A stretch of 64,000 bases of DNA from Promethearchaeota archaeon. GTDB lineage: Archaea; Asgardarchaeota; Lokiarchaeia; Sigyniarchaeales; SOKP01. Made by a program: the position numbers and the translations under genes. Below the pieces are notes generated by a model that was not told the DNA's origin, did not search any database, and saw only the letters and a program-made list of their open reading frames with translations. Positions 40,247 through 51,679 of the stretch are shown piece by piece. The stretch spans positions 1 to 64,000 of the forward strand of contig JAEOSU010000037.1 in the NCBI GenBank assembly GCA_016840165.1, given 5' to 3'. Positions within the stretch are counted from its first letter, which is position 1. Every line of letters starts with the position of its first letter.

Positions 40247-40897
40247 TCATTTTCTCTTCTTTTCAATTAAATCTTTAGTTTTTTTTAATCGAACAAAGTT
40301 TTCTCTGTCCATTTCTTCCAATATTCCTTTAATTTTTCTAATATCATCCGAAAGAGCAGGAATAATTTGATTTTTTAATCCAGTAATTCTTCGATTTAAC
40401 TTCTTTAAATTAAAAGCTAATGAAAAAAATAAATCTTCAAATTCAGCAAAATTAATCATTAATTCGAAAAACTTTTCTAATAACGGCATTAATTCATCAA
40501 TAAAGCGACTAGTGTTTTCAAAGGAGTATGCTGGGAGTCTTCCTATTCGATTTAAATCATAATCTATTTTTTGAAATGAAATACCTATATCTTTAGCAAA
40601 TTTAACGCTAATAGTAGGTTTATATTGGATTTTGCTTAAATTACTAATTAAGACAACATCTCTCTTTCCCATTTCTTTATATGCCTCATTCATATAAATT
40701 AATGATTTTTTAACAGTTCCCAAAAATTGCTCCAATTTATCTTGATAAACTTGATTTTTAGACTTAATTTGTGAAATGAGTTGCTCCCGTTTGAATTCTA
40801 AAAATGTTGCTCCTTTTTCAGCAAGAGCTAATTTTTTCTCTAAACTGATTAAATTTGTTTTCGTTGGCTTAATCTCTCGGAAGCTTAATGTAAACAC
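40247..40897 (-). CDS. atpD: A/V-type ATPase subunit D
   Basis: KPTKTNL..L...L..A.KG...L..KR; RRI.GL...IIP; LEEMDRENFVRLKK.K. Confidence 0.93.
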   Translation of the reverse strand: MFTLSFREIKPTKTNLISLEKKLALAEKGATFLEFKREQLISQIKSKNQVYQDKLEQFLGTVKKSLIYMNEAYKEMGKRDVVLISNLSKIQYKPTISVKFAKDIGISFQKIDYDLNRIGRLPAYSFENTSRFIDELMPLLEKFFELMINFAEFEDLFFSLAFNLKKLNRRITGLKNQIIPALSDDIRKIKGILEEMDRENFVRLKKTKDLIEKKRK

Positions 40898-42286
40898 CTA
40901 TTTGGTATAATATTTTTCAATAAATTCTTGATGAATTCTAAATAATTGATTTTGTGATAAATTTGAAAGGACCTCCCATGCAATTGTAAAGGTTTCATCA
41001 AAAGAACGGTTTTCTGTAATTCCCTGATCCAAGAATTTCTTCTCAAAATCATCTCCAAAAGAGAGTAATTCTTTCTGATCCGGATTTAAACCATCTTCTC
41101 CGATAACAGAAAGGATATCTCGAACTTCTAGAGCATCTGAATATGATGCTAAAAGTTGAGAGCTAATATCAGCATGATCTTCACGAGTGGTACCCTTTCC
41201 AATTGAATCCTTCATTAATCTTGAAATTGATGCTAAAACTTCAAATGGTGGATAAATACCTTTCTTATTTAAATCTCTATTTAAAACTAACTGTCCTTCG
41301 GTAATATAACCCGTTGTATCAGGAATGGGATGTGAGATGTCGTCATTGGGCATAGTTAAAATCGGCAATTGTGTAATTGAGCCTTTCTTTCCTTTTAATT
41401 TACCAGTTCTTTCATAAATTGAAGCTAAATCAGAATAGAGATAGCCTGGATATCCTTTCCTACTAGGTATTTCTTCTTTTGCCGAGCTTAATTCTCTTAA
41501 CGCTTCAGCATAGTTAGTCATATCAATAAGTACTACGAGAACTTGCATATCTTTTTCAAAGGCAAAATACTCTGCTGTTGTCAAAGCGACGCGAGGAATT
41601 ATTAATCGCTCCATTATTGGATCAGAAGCAAAATTTATGAAAGAAATTATATTTTGGATATTTCCACCTTCTTTAAAAGTATTTAAAAATGTGATAGCCT
41701 CATCTTCAATAATTCCAATACCGCAAAAAATGATCAAAAAAGGTTCTTCTGTTAGTACCTTGGCTTGAGTGACTATTTGTGCTGCCAGTTTATTATGAGG
41801 CAAACCTTGTGCACTGAAAATGGGTAATTTTTGTCCACGAATAATAGTAAAAAGACCATCAATTACAGAAATCCCTGTTTGAATTACTTCCGAGGGATAC
41901 TGCCTTGAAAATGGATTAATAGGTGAACCATAAATATCTAATTCAAGATCACCTATTATTTCATTCTTTAGAATTTCTTTGGAAAAAATGTTAAGAGGTC
42001 TTCCAAAGGAATTAAAGGTTCTACCAAACATATCATTTTCTGATATTCTTACTTTGAAAGTGTCTTCAGTGAAGAATATTTTAGCGTTTTCACTGGATAA
42101 ACCTTTAGTATCCTCAAATACTTCAATTATGATTACTTCTTCATTTATTTTAATTACTTGCCCAAATCTATCTTTACTATCTTCAGATTGGATTTTTACA
42201 ATCTCTCCGTAGTGGACCTCATGCTGATTTTCCAAGAAAATTAAGGGGCCAATTATTTTCTGAATATTTCTATAAATGATACTCAT
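40898..42286 (-). CDS. atpB: A/V-type ATPase subunit B
   Basis: [46 protein letters not shown]. Confidence 0.97.
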   Translation of the reverse strand: MSIIYRNIQKIIGPLIFLENQHEVHYGEIVKIQSEDSKDRFGQVIKINEEVIIIEVFEDTKGLSSENAKIFFTEDTFKVRISENDMFGRTFNSFGRPLNIFSKEILKNEIIGDLELDIYGSPINPFSRQYPSEVIQTGISVIDGLFTIIRGQKLPIFSAQGLPHNKLAAQIVTQAKVLTEEPFLIIFCGIGIIEDEAITFLNTFKEGGNIQNIISFINFASDPIMERLIIPRVALTTAEYFAFEKDMQVLVVLIDMTNYAEALRELSSAKEEIPSRKGYPGYLYSDLASIYERTGKLKGKKGSITQLPILTMPNDDISHPIPDTTGYITEGQLVLNRDLNKKGIYPPFEVLASISRLMKDSIGKGTTREDHADISSQLLASYSDALEVRDILSVIGEDGLNPDQKELLSFGDDFEKKFLDQGITENRSFDETFTIAWEVLSNLSQNQLFRIHQEFIEKYYTK

Positions 42287-44127
42287 TTTGTTTTCTTCCC
42301 ACTATAACTTAATTTTATGGATTGAATCTCTCTTAACAACTTCGTCTTTATTTCTTCTATTTTTTCAAATTCATCATTTGGAATTGCTTGATTAACTCTT
42401 CTTATATCATCTAAAACCTCAAGAGATTTAATATCTTCAAGCATATATCCCTGATCTAAAAACGTTAACCCTTGTTGGTATAAAAGTATAATTAATTTTA
42501 CATATCCCAGTAATTTAGTAGAATTAGTGAATTTATCAATATCATCAAACGCATTTTGAATAAGGAAACTTTCTCTTATTAGTTTTCCAATAAAAATTAT
42601 GAATTGCTGGTCATCAGGTAAATTTTCTTCTCCAATTAATTGGATTATGTTTTTTAATTCATTTTCTTTCGATAGAATAGAATTTATTTCCGCTCTACAT
42701 TGAGTCCAGTCTTGATCAATTTCGGACCAATTTATATCTCTTTCATGCCACCATTCTGAGACATATTCTATATAATTTGAGTAGGACGTTAACCAATTTA
42801 TTGCAGGATAGTGTTTTGAATAAGCAAGACTGGCATCTAAAGCCCAAAAAGCTTGAACAAATCGCTTTGTTGTAGCAGTCACTGGTTCACTAAAATCCCC
42901 TGCAGGAGGAGAAACAGATCCTACTACCGTTAATGAACCAAATCTTTTATTTTCAACATCATTACTACCCAATAACTCTACTTTTCCAGCTCTTTCATAA
43001 AAGCTTGAGAGTTTTGAAGGAAGATAGGCGGGATATCCTTCTTCTGCAGGCATTTCCTCTAATAATCCAGAAATTTCCCTCAAAGATTCTGCCCAACGCG
43101 AAGTGCTATCTGCAAGAACCGCTACGTTATAACCCATATCTCTATAATATTCTGCTATAGTTATTCCTGAAAAGATACTTGCTTCACGCGCAGAAACAGG
43201 CATATTAGATGTATTAGCGATAAGGACTAATCTTTCGATAAGGGGTCGTCCACTTCTTGGATCGATTAATTTTGTAAATTCCTTTAAAACGTCAGCAATC
43301 TCATTCCCTCTTTCTCCACATCCTACAAATATAATTATATCCGCGTCACACCATTTTGCCAAGGATTGTTGAATAACCGTTTTTCCGGTACCAAACCCAC
43401 CAGGTACTGCCACCGTCCCTCCTTTAGCGATAGGAAAAAGTAAATCTATTACCCTTATTCCCGTAATCAAAGGTTCTTCTGAAAGAATTCTCTCTTTATA
43501 TGGTCTACTCCTTGTTATAGGCCATTTTTGCAACATTGTTAATGAACTTTCTTTTCCATTTTTTCTCAAGCGATAAATTTCATCTATTATAGTGAAATCT
43601 CCTTCTTCAACTATGAAGGATAAAACTCCAGAATAATTAGTTGGAACTAAAATTCTGTGTTCTATTAACTCAGTTTCTTGAACTACGCCAACTATTTCAC
43701 CAGGAATAATTTTATCTCCCACGTTCTTTTTTGGTACGAAATGCCATTTAACATCCCTTGATAGAGAAGGAATTTCAGTACCACGTTTCAAAAATGAGTT
43801 TTTCGTTTCTTTATGAATTATATTTAAAGGACGTTGAACTCCATCAAATACACTTGTTAGGAGTCCTGGTGCTAATTCCATTGACAAGGGTTCTTGTAGA
43901 TTAATAATTTCTTGATTTAGTTTTAAATTATTTGTATTTTCATAGCACTGAACGACGACATAATTTTCATATATTTGAATTACTTCCCCCAAAATATTTT
44001 GTTCTGAAATTTTAACTAAATCGTGTAATTTAATCTGTTTTTCTATGCCCTTAACATAGATTAGTGTTCCATTTATAGCACTAATATATCCTTTTTCAAA
44101 AGTCTCACTAGATTTGTTCATACTCAT
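42283..44127 (-). CDS. atpA: A/V-type ATPase subunit A
   Basis: [42 protein letters not shown]. Confidence 0.97.
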   Translation of the reverse strand: MSMNKSSETFEKGYISAINGTLIYVKGIEKQIKLHDLVKISEQNILGEVIQIYENYVVVQCYENTNNLKLNQEIINLQEPLSMELAPGLLTSVFDGVQRPLNIIHKETKNSFLKRGTEIPSLSRDVKWHFVPKKNVGDKIIPGEIVGVVQETELIEHRILVPTNYSGVLSFIVEEGDFTIIDEIYRLRKNGKESSLTMLQKWPITRSRPYKERILSEEPLITGIRVIDLLFPIAKGGTVAVPGGFGTGKTVIQQSLAKWCDADIIIFVGCGERGNEIADVLKEFTKLIDPRSGRPLIERLVLIANTSNMPVSAREASIFSGITIAEYYRDMGYNVAVLADSTSRWAESLREISGLLEEMPAEEGYPAYLPSKLSSFYERAGKVELLGSNDVENKRFGSLTVVGSVSPPAGDFSEPVTATTKRFVQAFWALDASLAYSKHYPAINWLTSYSNYIEYVSEWWHERDINWSEIDQDWTQCRAEINSILSKENELKNIIQLIGEENLPDDQQFIIFIGKLIRESFLIQNAFDDIDKFTNSTKLLGYVKLIILLYQQGLTFLDQGYMLEDIKSLEVLDDIRRVNQAIPNDEFEKIEEIKTKLLREIQSIKLSYSGKKTK

Positions 44128-44830
44128 TTAAGTAATCCTTCATTTCTTCTTTTTTATTTTTAATAAAATTTTCAAAATTAACCTGTAATTCTTTTACTTG
44201 TTCTTCAGAAAATACCTGTGATAAGTGCTTCTCGATAATAATAATGTTTCGCTCTAATAATGCATTAATAGAATAGTTGTAGTTAATTTTTCCTCCTTGA
44301 GAAACAACTTTAAATCCTCCGATAAATTCTTCTTCAGATCTAATGATCTCGACATCATTTTTGAATAAAGAGTTAATTTTAGAGGGGTTGGTTTTAATGT
44401 TGTCATAATCTTTATCATTTAATATAACGATAACTTTTGGTGATTTATCGATAATATGAACTAATTCCTTTATTTTCTCAGTTAAAAATTGTAGATAATG
44501 TGAATAATTGTTTGTTATCAAATCTTTAATTTTCAACAACAAACTATTATTCAAATCACTTAATATGTTGTTTTTAAGATTTAAAATCGATTCTTTTGCA
44601 TCAATTAGGGTCGAAGCTAATGATTTATTTAAGAAATTCCTATACAAATTTGCAAATTGATCTTTGAGTTTTATCGAATTCTCATTAATACGCCTTAAAT
44701 AATTTTTTTTTGCTTCTGCCTTTTGATAAAGCATTTGTTGGTTTAATTCTTTTATTTTTTCTTGAGCACTTTTAATTAAATATATTCCTAACTTTCCGAA
44801 TTGATCTTTTATAATATTTTCCTCAGACAA
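44108..44830 (-). CDS. atpE: A/V-type ATPase subunit E
   Basis: N-terminal coiled coil, IGGF.V motif; operon position. Confidence 0.85.
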   Translation of the reverse strand: MSEENIIKDQFGKLGIYLIKSAQEKIKELNQQMLYQKAEAKKNYLRRINENSIKLKDQFANLYRNFLNKSLASTLIDAKESILNLKNNILSDLNNSLLLKIKDLITNNYSHYLQFLTEKIKELVHIIDKSPKVIVILNDKDYDNIKTNPSKINSLFKNDVEIIRSEEEFIGGFKVVSQGGKINYNYSINALLERNIIIIEKHLSQVFSEEQVKELQVNFENFIKNKKEEMKDYLNEYEQI

Positions 44831-44844
44831 GTTAATCCCTCACC

Positions 44845-45165
44845 CTAATCTATAATTCTCCTGATACTTTTATTTATTTCTTTAAGAAATACAGTTTGTT
44901 CTTCAATTTTTGTTTTGAAGATATTAGGTAAATAGAATATAAATGGTTTTAACTTACTTAATTTATGTTCCATTAAGATTTGAATATCTTCATCTAATAA
45001 ATCTATCGCGATAACAATCATACCTATAGAAGGATCTTCTTTTAATCTGTTGAATTCTTCTAAAAAGTCCCCAGGTTTATTGAGAACTATTCCCTCAATA
45101 CCTAATAATCCCATCAATACAATGATTTCTTCTTCTCCAATAACATAAATTTTATCTTCAGGCAC
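44845..45165 (-). CDS. atpF: A/V-type ATPase subunit F
   Basis: KIYVIGEEE...MGLLGIEG; size 106 aa; operon position. Confidence 0.88.
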   Translation of the reverse strand: MPEDKIYVIGEEEIIVLMGLLGIEGIVLNKPGDFLEEFNRLKEDPSIGMIVIAIDLLDEDIQILMEHKLSKLKPFIFYLPNIFKTKIEEQTVFLKEINKSIRRIID

Positions 45166-45481
45166 TAAAATCTAAACCTAGTTTATCTATAATTTTATTT
45201 ATCAAAACAGTTTTATTTTGGTTATAACTATGTTCAAATTCAATTAGAATCTTCTCTAAATTCTTTTTAAACTGAGAAATTTCTTTATTAACGTCATTTT
45301 GTAGAGAATTTAAAGCTCCTTTAACTAAATCTTGTTTAGTCTTTTGAGTTTCTTCTAATGATTTTTCATTATTTTTCCGGAGTTCATCGATTTCCTTTAA
45401 GTTCTGCTCTTTAGCTTTTTTTAATAAATCATTATAAACTTCTTCCAAATCCTTGGCCCAGTCAAATATTCTCATTCCCAT
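45158..45481 (-). CDS. A/V-type ATPase subunit G/H (peripheral stalk)
   Basis: About 105-aa charged coiled coil inside the ATPase operon. Confidence 0.7.
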   Translation of the reverse strand: MGMRIFDWAKDLEEVYNDLLKKAKEQNLKEIDELRKNNEKSLEETQKTKQDLVKGALNSLQNDVNKEISQFKKNLEKILIEFEHSYNQNKTVLINKIIDKLGLDFSA

Positions 45482-46529
45482 TTTTTAGACTCTCATATTT
45501 TTCATGAATAATTCTAATTACATTTGGCATTATGTTAAATTTGATTTCTTTTTCTTTTTTAATTATCAATTCCAATATGCGATAGATTGTAAAATACTCA
45601 AAATCATCAATTTTTAATTGGAATTTTTTAAAATAATAATTTTGATAGATTCCTTCTAAGGACCATCTCAAATGTTTTTTATTTATATTAATAGGGATAT
45701 ATAATTCTTTTAATTCTTTTATGGAGTTTAAGAACTTTTGAATTTCCGATATGAATTTATCGATATCATTAATCTCTAATAAAGCATCGATTTTTTCTTG
45801 GCTTAAAAATAAGTATTCTCTAATAAGTAGTTGCGATGTTAAATTCTTATCAAAATGATTAATTATTGCTCGTGATAAAATTCTCAAGTTATAAACTTCT
45901 GCTGAATAATCAATAAAAAGCGATATCATCGCTTTTTCTTTTTTATCATAAAAATGTTTTGTTAATATAAGATTTTCATAATATAATTTATCTAAAAAAG
46001 CCTCTAAAATAAAAATTTCGTTAGTATTTTTAAAATAGAGTATTCCCTCCCTTATGGGCTTGTTATAGCGCGTGTTTTTCATATAAAACTGAATTTCCTC
46101 TAAACTAGTGATCTCGAGCAAATCTTTAATAAAATCTGAACGCTCCAAATATTCTTCAACTAAATAATTAATCCTTTTAGATTTTTCTGATTTGCTAATA
46201 CCGATTATTGATCCGAGTATTATTTGCTTAATGTTAGAGATTTCATACTTTAAAAGGTAGGCTTTTAAAAAGAGTTTCATATTATCCGGGGAAAAATATA
46301 AAATCCTTCCTATTAATTTAATAAGGATATGAAAAAGAGCTTGTTCTATTTCCATAATATTATAATCCGAAATTTTGATTTCAGGATAATACGGAGAGAT
46401 AAATTCCATGAAATCCTTAATGCTATCAAATTTCTTTAACTGTGATAGGTTATTATCTTCAATAATTAATTTCTTAAGAAACTCTATCTTGATATAGGTA
46501 TAAACATAAGAGGGAATTACTATACTCGT
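45462..46529 (-). CDS. atpC: A/V-type ATPase subunit C (d); extended 40 codons upstream of the tracked ORF to a probable ACG start
   Basis: YEISNIK.I, E..LDK.YY, EVYNLRILSR; open in-frame upstream segment SIVIPSYVYTYIKIEFLKKLII resembles the AtpC N-terminus. Confidence 0.85.
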   Translation of the reverse strand, partial: TSIVIPSYVYTYIKIEFLKKLIIEDNNLSQLKKFDSIKDFMEFISPYYPEIKISDYNIMEIEQALFHILIKLIGRILYFSPDNMKLFLKAYLLKYEISNIKQIILGSIIGISKSEKSKRINYLVEEYLERSDFIKDLLEITSLEEIQFYMKNTRYNKPIREGILYFKNTNEIFILEAFLDKLYYENLILTKHFYDKKEKAMISLFIDYSAEVYNLRILSRAIINHFDKNLTSQLLIREYLFLSQEKIDALLEINDIDKFISEIQKFLNSIKELKELYIPININKKHLRWSLEGIYQNYYFKKFQLKIDDFEYFTIYRILELIIKKEKEIKFNIMPNVIRIIHEKYESLKNGNENI

Positions 46530-46592
46530 AAAACAACACCAATTTATGAAATATTTATTTAGCTTAGTTTACAGATATGTCAAATCAATTGA

Positions 46593-46958
46593 TTATCCTG
46601 GCGGAGAGGGTATTTTTGTCCACAGAAGTATACCAACAATTAACCCATAAACCGCTAACGCTTCTGCTAACGCTACTACTAAAAAGGCTTTAAAGAAAGA
46701 TTCTTCTCTTTCTGCGAGTGAAGAAATTGCTGCGGTTCCTACGGTTTTTATTGCTAATGCACTACCCAATACTGAAGCCCCAACAGAAATTGCTGCTGAC
46801 ATAGCTAGGATGGCTGAGGTGGCTGTATTGTAATAATCTAACGTAGTTGCTTGGGCTGCTACTAATGTCACTACTCCATTTGTAGAAAAAAATACAATGA
46901 ATACTAGAACAATTTGAAATAATCCAAGTAATAAATAAAATTTCTTTTTGCCATTCAT
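46593..46958 (-). CDS. atpK: A/V-type ATPase proteolipid subunit K (c) with N-terminal hydrophobic extension
   Basis: GTAAISSLAE.EE.F.K.....ALAEALAVYGLIV (carboxylate Glu). Confidence 0.93.
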   Translation of the reverse strand: MNGKKKFYLLLGLFQIVLVFIVFFSTNGVVTLVAAQATTLDYYNTATSAILAMSAAISVGASVLGSALAIKTVGTAAISSLAEREESFFKAFLVVALAEALAVYGLIVGILLWTKIPSPPG

Positions 46959-47159
46959 TTTTTAACCATTGCAATAATTTATTAATGTTTAAAAGGAATA
47001 AGCGTTCACTAGCGTATAAATTCTTCGTTTATAAAATTAAAATTTATTAAATATTAAATCAGAAATAGCAAAAAGGAGTTTTTCAAGTTAGAAGTATTAA
47101 TGTATTATTATTCCGATATGAAATGATTTTCTTCAATTATTAGTCAAATATTTAACAAA

Positions 47160-47804
47160 TCAAGAATAGATTATTACTCTGATTTGATCTGCAATATCGT
47201 GTATTCTATCAGCTAGATTTTCAAGTAAAACAATACTATCTCTAATTCTAAGTGTCATTCTTATATCCAAATCTGTATTAGAATAAAGATATTCAAGGAA
47301 TTGCCTATAAATTCTATCAATTTTATTTTCTATTTCATGAATTTCAGTAGTGTTATTAAAGACTTTTTCTTGATTATCTCTTAGATTTTTTATAGTTGTT
47401 TTTAACACATTTGCCATATTCATTATCATGTTAATTAACTTTTCATACCTCTCAAAAATTTCTTTAGAACTATTAACTTTCAATTTAATATTAGGAAGCA
47501 TATCAACAAATTCGAGAGGATAGTTAATTAGATTGTCCATTCGAAGGATTAGAGCTACAATATTTCCCAATTGTGAGTCAATTTCTGCATAGTCTTTTAT
47601 TATTTTGATTTTAATCTCATCTGCTTCTTCTTCAACTAATTGCATTTTACTTTTTTTCTTAGTTAAGCTTTTTTTGTTCGATTCATAATTTTCAGACCAT
47701 CCAGTATAATATACGCCCATGTCACTGATTACGGAATAGATTAATCTTGAGTGATCTATAAGCAATGTGATTATTTCTTCTTTTATCTTTCTGTTTGATA
47801 ACAT
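47160..47804 (-). CDS. DUF47/PhoU-like phosphate transport regulator
   Basis: EEEADEIK, EIHEIENKIDRIYR, LENLADRIHDIAD. Confidence 0.8.
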   Translation of the reverse strand: MLSNRKIKEEIITLLIDHSRLIYSVISDMGVYYTGWSENYESNKKSLTKKKSKMQLVEEEADEIKIKIIKDYAEIDSQLGNIVALILRMDNLINYPLEFVDMLPNIKLKVNSSKEIFERYEKLINMIMNMANVLKTTIKNLRDNQEKVFNNTTEIHEIENKIDRIYRQFLEYLYSNTDLDIRMTLRIRDSIVLLENLADRIHDIADQIRVIIYS

Positions 47805-48001
47805 TTTAAGTTAAACCAAATTTGAAATACAATATTAATAATATATGATTAAAATAATAAAAATCATAAGATTCCAAATTACATAAAAGAAAAATAATAA
47901 AGAAAAAATATTTATTATCTTACGATTAAGACATCAGAAGGAGTTTTGTTAATCACTTCATCTGAGTTTATTCCGTAATTTTTTAAAATCAAATCAGAAG
48001 A

Positions 48002-48520
48002 TTAGTGATTAAAGATATTATCAAGACGTAATACTAATTTTTTTACAATAATAAAAGTATTCAGTAAAACATGAGTATTTACCTTATCGGGTTGATCTTT
48101 CTTAGTATGTGAGCATTTTGAAGCAGAAGGTGTTGAAAAATCAATTGTTTCTAAAATAAGCAAATGAAAAGGTAAAGAATCAGTAGGAGCTCCTGATAAT
48201 AAAGTGTGACCCTTGATCTCTATTTTTTCTTCTTGAAAAATTTCATCTAATATTGATATAAGTAGGGAAGAACTCTTTTTTTTTGGAATAATACCATATG
48301 ATTTAATATATTCAACTCTATTTTCACCATTTCTACATGAAACCATATCAAAATTGATCTGATATATTTGATTATTAAGTAATTCTTGTTTAAAAAGATC
48401 AAGAAATACTCTAGAGCCCATTGTACCTATTTCTTCTGCTGAAAACTGGTAAAACCAGATGTTATAATTATTAAGTGGATTTGCTTTAAAATATGAAGAT
48501 AATCCAAAAACTAAAGACAT
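48002..48520 (-). pseudogene. 5'-truncated M28 zinc peptidase fragment
   Basis: Has SAEEIG..GS, INFDMV, HT..D but lacks the upstream AH.D and GA.DNASG motifs; only 95 bp remain before the divergent fprA. Confidence 0.6.
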
Positions 48521-48615
48521 GATTGAGTATTCAAAATTATATGTTTATCATGATAAATTTAATTTCAAATATTATTTTATTAAATTTTATATATTATTAA
48601 TAATGGCGAATACAT

Positions 48616-49857
48616 ATGAAAGCTGTAAAAATAGCAGATAAAGTTTTTTGGATTGGAGCAAATGTGCATTCAGAAGATTTATTTGAAGGAATTTGGCCTA
48701 TACCAAATGGGATAGCTCTTAATTCTTACGTAATAAAAGCAAATAAAGTCGCTGTGATAGAACTTGTTAGAGAATGGGGTGGCGCCTCAATGAGTTTTAT
48801 TGAGAGTCTTAGATCCCTTAATCTTACTTTAAAAGATGTTGACTTCATCATACTTAATCATCTTGAGCCAGATCATACAGGATTTGCACATATCCTGAAG
48901 TCTCTTTCACCAAAGGCTAAATTTGTAACTACGGAAAAGGGTGCAGCATTATTAGATGGTTTTTATGGCATAGATGAGAATATTATGGTTGTGAAGAGCG
49001 GAGATAAAGTAGATCTTGGTGAAAACAAATCTTTAGAGTTTATAGAAATACCACATGTACATTGGCCTGAGACAATGGCAAGTTATGAAGAGGATTCGAA
49101 GATATTATTTAGTGGGGATGCATTTGGAGCATTTGGGGTCCATCAAGGAAGTATTTTTGACGATCAGACCCCGGAAGTAAATAAACCTTATTGGGAACAA
49201 GAAATGTTAAGATATTATGCAAATATTATTGCTATGTTTTCTCCGAATGTAATTAAAGCAATCGACGCTCTTGCTCAATTTAAAATAAATGCGATCGCTC
49301 CTTCTCATGGTTTAATTTGGCGAGGGAAACCAGAAGTGGTAATAAAAAAGTACTCTCGTTACGCTAATTATAATAAAGATTTTGCTGAACCTGAAATATG
49401 TGTTGTATGGGGAAGCATGTATGGAAATACGGAAGCGATGTTAAATGCGATCTTAAAAGGTATAGCCTCTGAAGGGATATATATCCATATTCATAGAGTT
49501 CCTAATGAAGAACCATCCTTTATTCTGGCAGACGCTTATAAATCAGCTGGTTTAATTATAGGAGCTCCTACATATGAATACAGTATGTTTCCCCCAATGA
49601 AATATTTATTGGAACTTTTACAAAAGAAACATATGTGGCATAAAAAAGTCATATATTTTGGATCATACGGATGGAGTGGAGGAGCTCAAAAGGATTTTAA
49701 TGCGTTATCTGAACATATGAATTGGGATATCATTGAACAACTAGTATTTAAAGGTCATCCAACCGTTCAAGACCTTAACAAAGGAGAGGAGATAGCAAAG
49801 AAATTTGCTCAATCAATATTAGAAATACCTTCTAAAATAAAAGATGAGGATTATTGA
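48616..49857 (+). CDS. fprA: Flavodiiron protein (A-type flavoprotein, O2/NO reductase)
   Basis: HLEPDH, HWPETM, SGDAFG, APSHG, GSMYGNT, FGSYGWSGG. Confidence 0.95.
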   Translation: MKAVKIADKVFWIGANVHSEDLFEGIWPIPNGIALNSYVIKANKVAVIELVREWGGASMSFIESLRSLNLTLKDVDFIILNHLEPDHTGFAHILKSLSPKAKFVTTEKGAALLDGFYGIDENIMVVKSGDKVDLGENKSLEFIEIPHVHWPETMASYEEDSKILFSGDAFGAFGVHQGSIFDDQTPEVNKPYWEQEMLRYYANIIAMFSPNVIKAIDALAQFKINAIAPSHGLIWRGKPEVVIKKYSRYANYNKDFAEPEICVVWGSMYGNTEAMLNAILKGIASEGIYIHIHRVPNEEPSFILADAYKSAGLIIGAPTYEYSMFPPMKYLLELLQKKHMWHKKVIYFGSYGWSGGAQKDFNALSEHMNWDIIEQLVFKGHPTVQDLNKGEEIAKKFAQSILEIPSKIKDEDY

Positions 49858-50014
49858 TTTTTTTTTCTTCTTATTAAAAGTTGAGGTATTGAAATGTAAT
49901 TTATATATCATATGAAGCTATAATCACAAAATATTAATTTCTGGAATCCTTTCATAATTTAAAAGTAAAATGCGAGATAGATATAGCATCACTTATAATG
50001 ATGGGTTGTATTAA

Positions 50015-51496
50015 ATGATATATCAGGGCTTATTTAACATTCTAAGCTTATATCTTGATAATCTAGAATTTTTTTATAATTCTCTTGACCTATATTTTCA
50101 AGATAAAATTATACCTTCTCTGAGTATTGATTTAAAGGGTAAAAAGAACCTTGATCTTGCTTTAGATGAATTAAGAAAGGTAATATCGAAAGCTTTACGA
50201 GAAATTGGAGTAAAAGAAATAGAAGTTGAAAATAAATTATCTGACCCTTTTTTAGAACTTAATCCGGAGGATTACGATAGAATAAATTCTTTAAATGATT
50301 TATATCAATATAAAATAGCTCCTATTATCTATGAAATCTTTTTGGAGGAATTAGTTCATTACATTGCTGAATCCACCGCCAGCGAAATTATTATAAATCT
50401 AAAATCGAAAGGTTTTTTAAATATTGAGTTTATGGTCGATATTAAGGGCTTAAAAAGCTTATTTGATGAGAATGAGGATAAAAAAGAAAATTTAAAAAAA
50501 TATATCGAAATTCGAGATACCTTTATTAAAAATTTAAGTGAGAACAAACGAAGAATAGAGGTTTTAGAAGATTTAAATAACCCGAAGGATAAACTCCAAC
50601 TATTATATTTGATTTATCGAATTATTAATTTTTTTCATTTGCAAAGAAGATTTGATTTTTCTCATATAATTGAGTATATTAAAAATAACGTGGATGATTG
50701 GCTAATGACTATCCCATTAGTTACTTTAAAAAATCCTGATCTTTATTTTTGCGGTTTATATTTAGCTACAAACCTAAAAATTCCATTAGACAAAGAGAAG
50801 ATTAAAAACTTCCTTATGGAATTATATGAAGAAGCTATCGATGAGTTTGAGGCTCCATTAGTGGAAGCAACAGATGGATTGTACTATTTTTTAAAATCAA
50901 CCAATTTAATGAAGATATGGTTAGATGACTCCCAGGTAGATAGATTAATTGAAACTGATACAAAATTTTTTGAGCCTAATTATTTAAAAAATTTGGAAAC
51001 TTCGCAATTAGTCATAATTCTTAAAATTTATAATTTAGTTAAAAGAAAGGCAACAATGGAAGAGAATATTACTAAAATCATAGCAGAAATAGAAAATAGA
51101 ATTAGCTCCGATGGTATTGCACAATATAGAGAGGGTTTTATATCCTCAGAAGCTACATATTATGTGTTGTTTTGCCGATATATGAATCAGTCGTTAGATA
51201 ATTTACAGGATTATGAGTTATTAAATACTATCGTATCTCGAATTTATAGAAATCTTGAATTATTAGAATTTACAGCCGATATGAATTATGACCTCATATC
51301 TGAATTGTTCTATTCATTCGAAAGTTTAAAATTATTCAACTGCATAGAAACTAAGGAAATGATTATCCTGCTAGCAAATTATTTGTTCCCTCCAAAAGTT
51401 GTAGAAAAAATTGAGAGTTCAAGCGAGATTGTCAAGGCCGATGCTAAATTTCGACATTTGAAAGTAGACAGGATAACGGGCGAGACCATATATTAA
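50015..51496 (+). CDS. Hypothetical alpha-helical protein
   Basis: 493-aa ORF with no confident motif; faint alpha/alpha-barrel-like repeats in the C-terminal half. Confidence 0.6.
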   Translation: MIYQGLFNILSLYLDNLEFFYNSLDLYFQDKIIPSLSIDLKGKKNLDLALDELRKVISKALREIGVKEIEVENKLSDPFLELNPEDYDRINSLNDLYQYKIAPIIYEIFLEELVHYIAESTASEIIINLKSKGFLNIEFMVDIKGLKSLFDENEDKKENLKKYIEIRDTFIKNLSENKRRIEVLEDLNNPKDKLQLLYLIYRIINFFHLQRRFDFSHIIEYIKNNVDDWLMTIPLVTLKNPDLYFCGLYLATNLKIPLDKEKIKNFLMELYEEAIDEFEAPLVEATDGLYYFLKSTNLMKIWLDDSQVDRLIETDTKFFEPNYLKNLETSQLVIILKIYNLVKRKATMEENITKIIAEIENRISSDGIAQYREGFISSEATYYVLFCRYMNQSLDNLQDYELLNTIVSRIYRNLELLEFTADMNYDLISELFYSFESLKLFNCIETKEMIILLANYLFPPKVVEKIESSSEIVKADAKFRHLKVDRITGETIY

Positions 51497-51679
51497 AACC
51501 CCAATATTTAATTTACAAATTTTAAAGTTTTAAATTATCAAAAATTACTCTAAGAAGATCTATGATTTATATTGTAAACTTAATAACGGTGTTAGATTCT
51601 GATCTATTAATTAATTTATCACAAGATTGATACCTGAAAAGAGATTCAAACAATTGATTTAAAAGAGAGAGGATAGCAA

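Noticed and set aside
30413-44127. Inteins in RadA or ATPase subunit A
   Set aside because: Both have normal length and no intein motifs.
50015-51496. Prenyltransferase-like alpha/alpha barrel
   Set aside because: Only a faint resemblance (DGIAQY...SEATYY); not supportable without a profile search.
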